Positions 1 to 9,200 of a stretch of DNA of 64,000 nucleotides are shown in pieces. A model generated the notes under the pieces. It was not told the DNA's origin. It searched no databases and saw nothing but the letters and a program-made list of their open reading frames with translations. How positions within the stretch are numbered: the stretch's first letter is position 1; the number at the start of each line of letters is the position of its first letter. This stretch comes from Nanobdellota archaeon. GTDB lineage: Archaea > Nanobdellota > Nanobdellia > Parvarchaeales > Parvarchaeaceae. The stretch covers positions 33,187-97,186 of the forward strand of contig JAJYZA010000002.1 in assembly GCA_021800365.1 (NCBI GenBank), read 5' to 3'. The translations under genes and the position numbers were made by a program.

Positions 1-574
1 GGGGAAGCCCGGAATATACCGTTTCCGAAAGTTTATTGATTTTTTCCGCCATTTCATTATCATTTGCATTCAGTTCGCTGATATTCGCTTTTATCATGTC
101 CGATAATTTTACAAAAGAATCTTCCAGGCGATTTACTGTTAAAGAATCCTTTTCACTTTTTTCAATAACTTGTCTAGAAACCGCATTGAAGTCATTTACT
201 GTTTTATTTAACTCTGCAGACAGCTTGCTTATGGCAAGTGAAATAGAGTCGACTGTAGAGTTGATTTTTGAAATCCTATCAAACGAATCCTTATAATTGC
301 TACTCATTTTATCTACGCTGGTATTAAAACTGGATACAACCGAATTTAAATCTGAAGAAAGTTTACCGATTCTACTTTCAAGTTTACTTACATATGCGGG
401 ATCTACGTTATTTTGTCTTGCCTTGTCAAGTTCGCTTATACTCTGGGTTATCAAATCTATTTTTCTCTGTATATCTAAAAAGGCAGAATTTAGTGCCAAA
501 TTGAAATTCTCTACATTTTTAAAATAAGTACTAGAATCCTGAGAAACTTCTATTTTTGGCACATCTTCGCGCAT
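1..574 (-). CDS. Partial CDS running off the left window edge. It is a hypothetical alpha-helical coiled-coil-like protein, and the C-terminal part is outside the window. The start codon is at 574.
   Basis: A hand translation of the minus strand gives an uninterrupted frame from an ATG at 572-574 down to position 1 (...MREDVPKIEVSQDSS...NDNEMAEKINKLSETVYSGLP). That is unusually long for an AT-rich genome. It is absent from the ORF track because it has no in-window stop. The plus-strand ORFs 36-527 are Ser/Leu/Phe-rich, which is typical of the antisense strand of a K/E-rich gene. Confidence 0.35.
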   Translation of the reverse strand, partial: MREDVPKIEVSQDSSTYFKNVENFNLALNSAFLDIQRKIDLITQSISELDKARQNNVDPAYVSKLESRIGKLSSDLNSVVSSFNTSVDKMSSNYKDSFDRISKINSTVDSISLAISKLSAELNKTVNDFNAVSRQVIEKSEKDSLTVNRLEDSFVKLSDMIKANISELNANDNEMAEKINKLSETVYSGLP

Positions 575-617
575 ACATTTATATCTTATATTCTTTTTGA
601 TATTTAAATGTTTATTA

Positions 618-1538
618 TTAAACAGATTTTAGACTCTCGATTTGCTGCTTTAATACACATGCTTCACATAATTCACTTGCAGCAGGTGCGCCGCATCTAG
701 TGCAAGACAATATTTTTTTATGTTTGGTTTGTAAATTTGTTTGATACAGTTTTTTTAAAGCCAACATTCTCTCGACAATATTACGCTTTGATCTGGATGA
801 AATAGATTCAAGTTCTTTTATCTTTGCAGCAACAGTGCCTCTAAATCCAAAACCCGCGTAAGGACAGGGGGTATGTAGAGCATTTATAGAGTTAATGATT
901 GAAAAAAGCATCGTTTCCTTCTCACTTATAAATAGGAAAGGTTTTATACGCGGTACAAAGCCAGTAATAGCCGCAATCCCAGACTCCGGTCCAAGCCTTA
1001 TCATCTTATCGAAGTCATTTTGAAAAAGATCCATAAGTATGTTTTCGGCTTCGTCATCCATGTTATGTGCAGTAGCCAATTTATCAGCATGGTTTTCCAG
1101 GGCGGCTGAATTAAGCATATATCGCCTAAGCACGCCGCACGCCGCACACGGGATTCCCTTTCTTATTTTAGTTAGTATATCCATAGTCACTCCCGTAAAA
1201 TCTTTATAAGAATAAGTTTTGTATTCGACACCCCATTTATTACAGTATTCTTTCATTGTATCTATTGTCTTGTCTCTATATCCTGCTATGCCTTCATCAA
1301 TCGTTATAGAAATTATTCGATTCTTTTTTAAAAAATATCTAGATAATACGTAAAGTAATGAAAGAGAGTCTTTTCCGCCGGAATTTGCTACGGCTATCGT
1401 CTCTCCTCTGCGGATTAAATTATAGTGTTTTATGGTATTTAGAGTCCTGCTTTCAAAAGTTTTTATAAAATGTTTTTTACAAAATCGTCCATTACTTGTA
1501 GAGATTATCGCATAGTCATTACAGCTTTGGCATAGCAT
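618..1538 (-). CDS. ttuA: PP-loop ATPase of the TtuA/Ncs6 family. It is a tRNA 2-thiolation enzyme with N- and C-terminal zinc fingers.
   Basis: It has an SGGKDS PP-loop motif and an N-terminal CxxC...CxxH motif. The C terminus carries CTRCGAPAASELCEAC. It sits immediately upstream of a ThiS/MoaD-like Gly-Gly protein. Confidence 0.6.
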   Translation of the reverse strand: MLCQSCNDYAIISTSNGRFCKKHFIKTFESRTLNTIKHYNLIRRGETIAVANSGGKDSLSLLYVLSRYFLKKNRIISITIDEGIAGYRDKTIDTMKEYCNKWGVEYKTYSYKDFTGVTMDILTKIRKGIPCAACGVLRRYMLNSAALENHADKLATAHNMDDEAENILMDLFQNDFDKMIRLGPESGIAAITGFVPRIKPFLFISEKETMLFSIINSINALHTPCPYAGFGFRGTVAAKIKELESISSRSKRNIVERMLALKKLYQTNLQTKHKKILSCTRCGAPAASELCEACVLKQQIESLKSV

Positions 1539-1539
1539 A

Positions 1540-1746
1540 TTAGCCGCCCGAAAAAACGTCTATGACGTTCACACGTGAGCCGTCTTTTAGCTTCCTGTCT
1601 GCTGTGAATATCTCTCCGCCTTCACCAACAATAATCACGGCATCATCGTTTGCGCCGAGGGCTTTTATTAGATCCGCTGCCGTGTCATTCTCAATCTCGA
1701 TGACACGCTCCCCAAAATTTATATTATTTACAGTTATTTTTACCAT
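1540..1746 (-). CDS. Ubiquitin-like small sulfur-carrier protein of the ThiS/MoaD/SAMP/TtuB family.
   Basis: It is 68 aa with a beta-grasp-like sequence ending in ...VFSGG. The C-terminal Gly-Gly is the signature. It is adjacent to the TtuA-like gene. Confidence 0.5.
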   Translation of the reverse strand: MVKITVNNINFGERVIEIENDTAADLIKALGANDDAVIIVGEGGEIFTADRKLKDGSRVNVIDVFSGG

Positions 1747-4059
1747 TTATTGTTTTAACCTATGGGCTCTTATAAGTACTTCGCTGTAAATAGACAGCTC
1801 TTTTGGTATCTCGATTCCAGAAATTTCGCCATTGAGTGCGAGTCCACGGCTTTTTTTTGTGCTCCAAATCATGCTATCGAATTCACATATCTTGACGATG
1901 TCTTTAGAAAAGTCTCCAGTTACCTCCTTTTTCTCAAATAACCTTTTTTTGATATCATCAGAATACAAGGTATTATAAAGATATTCAGTAAGGAATGGCG
2001 CAATCGGATTTAATAGCTCTAGAGAATTTTTTAATATGTAATTGAGTGTGTATATAACAGATTTGTTCCCTTCATAAGCAGCAGGTTTTTGTAATTCTAT
2101 ATAATGGTCTGCAAATACGCCAATTAAAAAAGTCTTTATCTCCTTTAGCGCATCAAAATATGCATAATTATCATATTGAGACACAACACGATTATAAAGC
2201 GCATCAAACGCATTCAAAAATATTTTGTCAAATATAGACAGTTCTTTGGGCATTTCGGTGTTATCTTTACCAAATATGGCCACGAATTTTGCAATATTAG
2301 AGATTTTTGTAAGTATCCGTTCGGCTTCATTAATTTTTTCTTTTGAGTATCGTATGTCTCCGTCTATTAAATTTCCTCCCAGGTATGCCCATAATCGAAT
2401 GACATCTGCTCCGTTTTCATTTAAAGCCTTCTCTATAGGTATACCGTTGCCTTTGCTTTTAGAGAATTTTTCCCCATTTTCATCTACCGCATGGTTTGTA
2501 ATCATTACTTCAACGAAAGGTTCCTTTTGTGTCAGCAAAATCGATTTAACTAACGTATAATACAACCAGGTTCTCACAATCTCTTTTCCTTGCGGTCTTA
2601 AAGAAACTGGAAAATTATGATTAAAATAGCTTTGTTTCCTTCCGTACCCAACAATAAATAAATTTGAATTACTAGAATCCATCCAGGTATCAAATATACG
2701 TCGGTCTCCCTCCAGCTCAGATCCACCGCATTTTGTACACGTTAGTCCCTTCGGTGTCTCTCGCCACGGCTCATAATATTTTCCCGTTTCTGGCACGACA
2801 TACTCTCCGCATTTCTTGCATTTCCACAATGGAATCTCGTTACCGTAATAACGTGTTCTTGATATCGGCCAGTCTCTATCCACAGAATTTATCCAGTCTA
2901 TAAGTAACTGCCTAGATGGCTCGTCATGGAATTCCATTTCCCTCGCCATTTTCAATGCCTCTTGTTTAAGTTCAACTTGTTTCAGGTAGAGTTCTTTTTC
3001 TCTTATTATTTCGACTGCGTTTTTTGATCTCCAACAGACAGGTTTTTGTGTTTTTATGCTTTTTTCTTCAGATACTACGCCAATAGTTCTTAAATCTTCA
3101 ATTATAGCCGCTCTAGCCTGTGCTATTGTCAAGCCAGAATATTTTTCGGCATCTTTAATTTTTCCATGTTCATCTATTATAAGTCGCTCTGTAAGGTGGT
3201 GTTTTCTGAATAATTCGACATCTGCTTTATCTCCGTAAGAACATACCATCATTAAACCAGTTCCAAAGTTAGGATCTATGGCTTCGTCAAAAATCAGTGG
3301 GACCTTTTTATTTGTTATTGGCATTATTGCGGTTTTTAGGTGTGAGTATCTTGTATCTGCAGGATTTGCAGCAATGGCCGCACATGCAGGTAAGAGTTCT
3401 GGGCGCGTAGTTGCAATATAGAACTCTTTATCGTCAATTTTTATGCTAAGTTTATAAAGTTTTATGTCTTTTTCTTCGTATTCGACTTCTGCGTCTGAAA
3501 GAGTGGTATGACAAACCGTGCAATAATTCACTAATTGTGTGTCTTCGTAAATCTTACCTTCTTTCCACAACTTTATGAATATCGCTTGGCCGAGTGCGCG
3601 ATATTCTGGACTATCAGTCTCATACGCACCGCCTATTTCATTGCTAGTGTTATAATCATTGAATGAGAAACCAAGTCTACGAAACACATCACGATTCTTG
3701 TCTTTATATTTATCCAAAAGCTTTTTGCAAGCATTTACATAGGTTTCTCTGTCAGTTTTTCGTATATCTATGCCGAATTCTTTTTCGGCTTGAACCTCAA
3801 TTGGTAGGCCGTTTTTATCTAGACCAAATGGGAATATAACTTCAAATCCTAGTGCGCGTTTAACCCGTGCCGTCGTATCTATGTATGTATATGCCGCGGC
3901 GTGTCCTATATGGAGATCGGCGTTTATATATGGCGGGGGCGTATCAATAGAAAATACTTTTTTCTTTACCATATCGTTTAATTTAAATGGCCATAGTTTC
4001 TCCCAGCTGCTTAAGATAGCTCCTTCTATTTCTATTCTTTCTCTAGATTTCATGCTCAC
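1747..4059 (-). CDS. valS: Class I aminoacyl-tRNA synthetase, most likely valyl-tRNA synthetase.
   Basis: It carries TPPPY..LHIGHA (a HIGH motif with a TPPP lead-in typical of ValRS). It has a KFSKSKGN (KMSKS) motif and zinc-knuckle CxxC pairs. It is 770 aa long. Confidence 0.65.
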   Translation of the reverse strand: MSMKSRERIEIEGAILSSWEKLWPFKLNDMVKKKVFSIDTPPPYINADLHIGHAAAYTYIDTTARVKRALGFEVIFPFGLDKNGLPIEVQAEKEFGIDIRKTDRETYVNACKKLLDKYKDKNRDVFRRLGFSFNDYNTSNEIGGAYETDSPEYRALGQAIFIKLWKEGKIYEDTQLVNYCTVCHTTLSDAEVEYEEKDIKLYKLSIKIDDKEFYIATTRPELLPACAAIAANPADTRYSHLKTAIMPITNKKVPLIFDEAIDPNFGTGLMMVCSYGDKADVELFRKHHLTERLIIDEHGKIKDAEKYSGLTIAQARAAIIEDLRTIGVVSEEKSIKTQKPVCWRSKNAVEIIREKELYLKQVELKQEALKMAREMEFHDEPSRQLLIDWINSVDRDWPISRTRYYGNEIPLWKCKKCGEYVVPETGKYYEPWRETPKGLTCTKCGGSELEGDRRIFDTWMDSSNSNLFIVGYGRKQSYFNHNFPVSLRPQGKEIVRTWLYYTLVKSILLTQKEPFVEVMITNHAVDENGEKFSKSKGNGIPIEKALNENGADVIRLWAYLGGNLIDGDIRYSKEKINEAERILTKISNIAKFVAIFGKDNTEMPKELSIFDKIFLNAFDALYNRVVSQYDNYAYFDALKEIKTFLIGVFADHYIELQKPAAYEGNKSVIYTLNYILKNSLELLNPIAPFLTEYLYNTLYSDDIKKRLFEKKEVTGDFSKDIVKICEFDSMIWSTKKSRGLALNGEISGIEIPKELSIYSEVLIRAHRLKQ

Positions 4060-5387
4060 TCAAGATCTATTTCTTGTCCATCTAAAAGTATATGCGAACT
4101 ACGATTAAGTTCATAACCCAACTCTTTTCCTACTTCTATCGCCGCACTTATTTTATCCATACCGCCATGAGAAGGTATAAAGTGTTTTGGTTTTAATAGA
4201 TTTAGAAGTAATTTATAGTCATTCTTTGCTGCGTGTCCGGAGACGTGCACGTTATCGGCGACATTTACATTAAGTTCTTCCATTGCACTTTGTAGCATAC
4301 TTCGATTCGCAGTATTAAGCGGCGTAGGTATTACTCTCGATGAGAAAATAATAGCATCTTCGCTACTCAATTTATAGTCATATTGACCCGTGACAAGCTT
4401 ATCCAGAAATGATCCTTTCTCACCTTGGTGCCCGGTGCATATTATTACGTATTTACCAGGTCTGTCTTTTACATACTTTAATATGTTGTTTATCTGCTCT
4501 CTTCTAGTTGCTACCTCTGGAAATTTAGATTTTTCAATTATTTTGGTGTCTATGGCTGCTTTTATATACATCGCCATACTACGACCGAATATCAATGTCT
4601 GTCTATTAAGTTTTCTGCTTATTTCTATTATATTTTTTATGCGAGCGATGTGTGATGAAAAGGTTGTTATGAATATAGTTTTGTTGTCTAATGTCTTTTT
4701 TATTACGTCTTCTAACATGGTTCTTACGACACTCTCTGAGAACGTATAACCTTCTTGATCTACATTAGTAGAGTCTAATATTAGCGTATGCACGCCAGAT
4801 TTTGCTAAATTTTCCATTCTTTCATAATTTGGTTTGTTTCCGATAGTGGGGGTTTCATCTAACTTCCAGTCGTTTGCGTATAATATCGCACCGTATTTCG
4901 TATGTAAGGCCGCCATTGCGCAATTAGGTATAGAATGTGTTATGTGTATAAGCTCCAGCGTTACGTTGTTTGATAGCTTATATTTCGTACCTGTGTTTAG
5001 TGTTATTAACCTAAGGTCATGTTTTCTAACGTCCTTCGTAAGCTTTTCTACCACTTTTATTGTGAACGGCGTGGCAATTATCGGGCATTTATATTTTGAT
5101 GCCAAAAATGGGATGGCCCATACATGATCAAGATGTCCATGTGTAAGAACTATTGCCTTTACTCTTTTTCCGTTCTCTTCAAAAAATGCTCTATCGTTTG
5201 GGATAACTGAATTGTCTATCAATGCATCGGTGTCAGTTAAGGAGATATAATTCTTCTCATCTTCAAAGTCCACAAGTTTTTCTATGTCTGCGCCCATGTC
5301 CATTAGTACGATATCACCGTCTACGTCAATAGCGGTCATGCTTTTTCCGATTTTACTATATCCTCCAAATGCTCTTATCTTTATCAT
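4056..5387 (-). CDS. Metallo-beta-lactamase/beta-CASP ribonuclease (archaeal RNase J-like).
   Basis: It has an HGHLDHV metallo-beta-lactamase motif and a later HVSGHA motif. Its roughly 440-aa length fits aRNase J. Confidence 0.55.
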   Translation of the reverse strand: MIKIRAFGGYSKIGKSMTAIDVDGDIVLMDMGADIEKLVDFEDEKNYISLTDTDALIDNSVIPNDRAFFEENGKRVKAIVLTHGHLDHVWAIPFLASKYKCPIIATPFTIKVVEKLTKDVRKHDLRLITLNTGTKYKLSNNVTLELIHITHSIPNCAMAALHTKYGAILYANDWKLDETPTIGNKPNYERMENLAKSGVHTLILDSTNVDQEGYTFSESVVRTMLEDVIKKTLDNKTIFITTFSSHIARIKNIIEISRKLNRQTLIFGRSMAMYIKAAIDTKIIEKSKFPEVATRREQINNILKYVKDRPGKYVIICTGHQGEKGSFLDKLVTGQYDYKLSSEDAIIFSSRVIPTPLNTANRSMLQSAMEELNVNVADNVHVSGHAAKNDYKLLLNLLKPKHFIPSHGGMDKISAAIEVGKELGYELNRSSHILLDGQEIDLE

Positions 5388-6313
5388 ATATCTTTAATGT
5401 ATTCTCCAATGTTTTTATTCTTATGTTTTTTAGCTAATCGGCTTAAGATTTTCACAACACCGCTTCCATATTGCATGGCCTTCTTTTTTCTTTCTAATAA
5501 GATCGGATTCATCCCGAGCTCTTTTCCGGCTCGTCTAAGCAGGCTTTTGTTGTAATCATCAGTAATTAGTTCGTTAATATCCCTCGTTAGCGCATAATTT
5601 AAAACGCACTCATCAAGATATGGAAATAACACTTCAATGCGGAGAAATTTTGCTATGCTCTTTGCGCGTAAGACACCCAAGCGATAAAGCTGACTTAATC
5701 TCTCCGTTCGTAGTGCTGCCAGATCTTCTATTGAAATGCGTTTATGCTTTTCAAAACCAAAGAAAAGTTCATCGCTACCAAGGCCACTGAAAACAGCCTT
5801 ACACCCGACATTCTTTGCACGTTCCAAAGTGGCATATTCTGTTATACCTATTATTATACTATAGGTCTCTAAGTTTAGTCGTTTTAATATAGAGACTATA
5901 TCTTCTACTTTGTCATCAGTTAACTCTGTTTTGATGAGCTTAGATTTTAAATCCGAACTAAGGATATCTGCATATTTAAGGTCTTCGCTGTCTCTGAAGC
6001 CAGCAGACAAAAGTTTACAATCTGGTTTTATTTCTGTTGCAATGTATGCCAATAAGGAAGAGTCTATACCGCCCGATACCATAACGCCGTCAAATTCCGA
6101 TTGCTTTAGAATAGATCTACGTAAACAAGTAAGAAGGTCTCCATTAATTGGCTGTTTTAACCTATCAACGTTCTTTATATTAATCGTCTTACCGAGACTT
6201 ACCTCTGAACTTCCCGGGAAGATTAAGGTAAATTCACCGATTTTTGCGGATAGACACTTTAAGTTAAATGGATCTATATACTTAGGCGTCTCTTTTTCTC
6301 TTTGTTGGTCCAT
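5384..6313 (-). CDS. Stand-alone asparagine-synthetase-like PP-loop ATP pyrophosphatase domain protein.
   Basis: It has a VMVSGGIDSSLLAYIA PP-loop (SGGxDSS) that resembles the AsnB C-terminal domain. It has no glutaminase domain. Confidence 0.45.
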   Translation of the reverse strand: MDQQREKETPKYIDPFNLKCLSAKIGEFTLIFPGSSEVSLGKTINIKNVDRLKQPINGDLLTCLRRSILKQSEFDGVMVSGGIDSSLLAYIATEIKPDCKLLSAGFRDSEDLKYADILSSDLKSKLIKTELTDDKVEDIVSILKRLNLETYSIIIGITEYATLERAKNVGCKAVFSGLGSDELFFGFEKHKRISIEDLAALRTERLSQLYRLGVLRAKSIAKFLRIEVLFPYLDECVLNYALTRDINELITDDYNKSLLRRAGKELGMNPILLERKKKAMQYGSGVVKILSRLAKKHKNKNIGEYIKDI

Positions 6314-6644
6314 GTATCTTTATTTTTAATTTTTCGCCAATTTTTATTTTAATCTTATTTGTAACCGGTAACTCCAATACATTGTATGCTGTTTTTGGTC
6401 CGTTGTATACTCTCCATTTTTTAGCTATCTTATCCTCAACAACTTCGAAGTTCTTATCTAACCATATTATTCTAAGTTCAAATCTGACAAAATTCATGTG
6501 GATATCCTTAGTAACCGGCAAGAATGCACCTGCGCCAGGAGAATGAACAAACATTAAACCAAGTATCCTTAAACCAAGCGTACCACAATATTTTACATCT
6601 TTAGCGACTAATCTTCTACCAGAATATATATCACATAACGTCAT
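6282..6644 (-). CDS. DUF192 (COG1430) family protein.
   Basis: GLRILGLMF...WLDKNF.VV...YNVLELP matches the DUF192 pattern (GLM, LDI.F.D, VLE). Its 5' end overlaps the upstream gene, so either start may need adjusting. Confidence 0.4.
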   Translation of the reverse strand: MTLCDIYSGRRLVAKDVKYCGTLGLRILGLMFVHSPGAGAFLPVTKDIHMNFVRFELRIIWLDKNFEVVEDKIAKKWRVYNGPKTAYNVLELPVTNKIKIKIGEKLKIKIHGPTKRKRDA

Positions 6645-6647
6645 ATC

Positions 6648-7247
6648 TTATAGCTCAAGTTCTTTTGATAGGAATTCATCAAGTTTTATTTTATCCAATT
6701 TTTCTTTTTCCGTCTTTGTAGCCATTTCATTTGCTAAAAGGTATAATATGAGACCAACGCTATTCCCGCTTTTATTATTGCCCGGTATTATCATATCAAT
6801 GAAACCTACTACATTATCTGCATCACAGATACCTACCACTGGGATATTTATTCGCCGTGCATCGTTTATTGCACGTCTGTTGCTGTTGGGATCCGTTACT
6901 ACAAGTACCTTCGGTTCAAAGAAATTTGTATAATTTACATTAGTTAATGAACCTGCTAGGTATCTGCCGAAATTTACACTGACATTCATTATCTTTGCAA
7001 AATTGTATACTGCGTAATACGCACTGTCAAGCGTACATACGAGTAATACGTCTTTTCTCTTGTAATTATTAAGCATTTTAGCGGCGAGTTTTATTCTTTC
7101 ATCTATCAATTTTATATTTAAAATCGTGAATTTATTTGCTATACGCTTAAATACAAAGCGCTCAAGGGCCTTATTGACAGTATTCGTGCCAATCCTAGTG
7201 CCGTACTTCTTGTAAGCTTCAAGTTTTTCAATTTTTTTAAATACCAT
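6648..7247 (-). CDS. rps2: 30S ribosomal protein S2 (uS2).
   Basis: Its roughly 200-aa length and the conserved PVVGICDADNV...IPGNNKSGNSVGLILYLLA region point to uS2. It is adjacent to enolase, which is the conserved archaeal order. Confidence 0.75.
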   Translation of the reverse strand: MVFKKIEKLEAYKKYGTRIGTNTVNKALERFVFKRIANKFTILNIKLIDERIKLAAKMLNNYKRKDVLLVCTLDSAYYAVYNFAKIMNVSVNFGRYLAGSLTNVNYTNFFEPKVLVVTDPNSNRRAINDARRINIPVVGICDADNVVGFIDMIIPGNNKSGNSVGLILYLLANEMATKTEKEKLDKIKLDEFLSKELEL

Positions 7248-8406
7248 AAACTTCGAGTAACCTATTTATCTTCTCTACCCTTTCCCCTCTATTGATTCCT
7301 ACTTTTAAATACTTTGCGCCTAACCCTATCGCAATGTCAGTTATAATGGGTATGCACGTTTCTTCCGAACGATGCGATACGATTTTTACCATGCCAATTT
7401 TATCTGCAGCATCAGAAAACGCCTTTACTGCATTTAATGAACCAACCTGATTTGGTTTTATTAATACGGAGTTTATATTTCCACGGCTTTTTTCAAGTCT
7501 ATCAGTTCTAGTTGCAGTTACATCGTCGCCAACTACCAAAACATTCATATCTTTAAGAATCTCCCCATAATCCTCTATGCGCGTTTCATCCACAGGGTCT
7601 TCTATATAATATAAATCAAATTCTTGAATAAGGTTCTTTACTAAGTCTATTTGCTCCCCGCACGAAACCTCTTTTTTTCCATAGAATGGTTTTTTATACA
7701 CATATCGACCATCTTTATAAAACGTCGATGCAGCCATATCGATTCCAATCCTTATATCTAAGCCGGTCTTACGTATCGTTTTTTCTACGGCTTTTTTTAC
7801 TAGTTTCAGCGATTCGTAATTGTCCAAACCAGTAACAAAACCACCTTCCGGATCGACTCCGCCCAAGAAACTGTATGTGCTGTTTTTTAGGATATCCTTT
7901 AGTTCTTTATATACTGAGATAGTGCCGTCTATGCTTTTGCTCACATCGTTATCTATCGTTGTTACTAAAATCTCTTGAATGTCCATACCTAGATTAGATG
8001 CATGCATTCCCCCGCCAAGCATTTTTGATATTGGTAAAGTGATTGATTTGCCCCCAAAAAATGAGTAAGGCTCTTTTTTTGCATCATTACTTAATGCGTA
8101 TAATATGGCATAAGACAACGAGAGAGATGGGCCGCCAATAAATTCCTCTGGTAGCGTTTTCTCGAAATCGTATAACTCTTCAATTTTTGAAAACGTTTTT
8201 CCACGCAGCCTTTGGATAAATTGGTCGAACTTTTTTATCTCTTTATCGATATCATCATTAAACTGTCTTACCTCATATTGACTTGTGCTTTCACCAGCAG
8301 GAGAAGACCCATGAAAAATACCAGAAGTGGTTTCAATCCTTACTTGCACAGTGTAATTTGAATTCGAATTCAAGATTTTTGATGCATTTATGCTGTTTAT
8401 CTTCAT
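7237..8406 (-). CDS. eno: Enolase (phosphopyruvate hydratase).
   Basis: The C-terminal LIKPNQVGSLNAVKA...VSHRSEETCIPIITDIAIGLGAKYLKVG region matches the enolase signature. The N-terminal domain carries the SGAS-like motif. Confidence 0.8.
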   Translation of the reverse strand: MKINSINASKILNSNSNYTVQVRIETTSGIFHGSSPAGESTSQYEVRQFNDDIDKEIKKFDQFIQRLRGKTFSKIEELYDFEKTLPEEFIGGPSLSLSYAILYALSNDAKKEPYSFFGGKSITLPISKMLGGGMHASNLGMDIQEILVTTIDNDVSKSIDGTISVYKELKDILKNSTYSFLGGVDPEGGFVTGLDNYESLKLVKKAVEKTIRKTGLDIRIGIDMAASTFYKDGRYVYKKPFYGKKEVSCGEQIDLVKNLIQEFDLYYIEDPVDETRIEDYGEILKDMNVLVVGDDVTATRTDRLEKSRGNINSVLIKPNQVGSLNAVKAFSDAADKIGMVKIVSHRSEETCIPIITDIAIGLGAKYLKVGINRGERVEKINRLLEVYGI

Positions 8407-8453
8407 AACTTATTTAATACGCCACTTTATTTATATCTAAGTATAACTTCCCC

Positions 8454-9200
8454 CTAAATCATTACTTTCCTCGAGAATAACATGAATGCGGTGTGAGTTA
8501 AGCCATCACTCTGTGGTCTAAGGATATCTCTATTAAGCTCTACTTTCCAATCATTTTCAATAACCGTCATAAGACGTTCTACTTTTAATGTATCTGGTAA
8601 CTCCTTGATAGTTTTTTCAATTTGTATTATGGATGGAGAATATGTGCAGATTCGTGCACCAATTTTCATGACCTTAGCAACAAGTCCAACTACTTTCCAT
8701 GGATCGGGCATATCCAGAAGAACAAAATCAAATGCCTTCTCTTTGATGCCGTCTTTTATATCTGCGTTTATTATTTTTACATTGTCAAGACCAAAAAGCT
8801 CAATGTTCTTTTTTGCCACCTTTGCAAAGTCTTTTCTTATTTCATATGAGATTACCCGCCCATTTCTAGCCACCGACGCCAGTACGCAGGTCGAAAAGCC
8901 AGAACCCGTGCCAGCTTCAAGTATTTTACTGTAGGATTTTATACCAGAATAAGCAATTATACTTCCTAAGTCTTTCAGCGTTATTATTTGTGGTAATCTT
9001 ATTATTTTTTTAATCAAATCCGATGCGGTTGGCTCTATTACAAAAAATTTTATCCCCTTATGAGTTTTTACTTGTGACCCTATCTTTGCCTTTTTAAGAT
9101 CTGAGGAGTGCAAAATTCCGAATTCTGTATTAAAATCTTTTGATGGGTCGACAAAGAACGCAGCACTTTGATTTATAAGAAATAATCTTTTTTCCATCAT
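8454..9200 (-). CDS. trmI: tRNA (adenine-N1)-methyltransferase TrmI/Gcd14-like SAM-dependent methyltransferase.
   Basis: It has the EAGTGSGFST SAM-binding motif I, a DMPDPW motif, and a length of about 250 aa. Confidence 0.55.
   Translation of the reverse strand: MMEKRLFLINQSAAFFVDPSKDFNTEFGILHSSDLKKAKIGSQVKTHKGIKFFVIEPTASDLIKKIIRLPQIITLKDLGSIIAYSGIKSYSKILEAGTGSGFSTCVLASVARNGRVISYEIRKDFAKVAKKNIELFGLDNVKIINADIKDGIKEKAFDFVLLDMPDPWKVVGLVAKVMKIGARICTYSPSIIQIEKTIKELPDTLKVERLMTVIENDWKVELNRDILRPQSDGLTHTAFMLFSRKVMI

Noticed and set aside
36-527. Plus-strand ORFs 36-296 and 297-527.
   Set aside because: They share a single frame interrupted by a stop. They are Ser/Leu/Phe-rich and lie opposite a longer stop-free minus-strand frame, so they are most likely antisense artefacts.
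2225-2560. Plus-strand ORF inside valS. Similar antisense ORFs occur at 3056-3238, 4390-4749, 4834-5127, 5910-6329, 12513-12740, 14549-14956, 24902-25438, 26752-27348, 32619-33098, 33195-33590, 35829-36233, 45940-46357, 49290-49616, 52197-53051 and 53302-53577.
   Set aside because: Each lies entirely within a well-supported gene on the opposite strand and encodes low-complexity Ser/Leu/Phe/Pro-rich protein. They are typical shadow ORFs.
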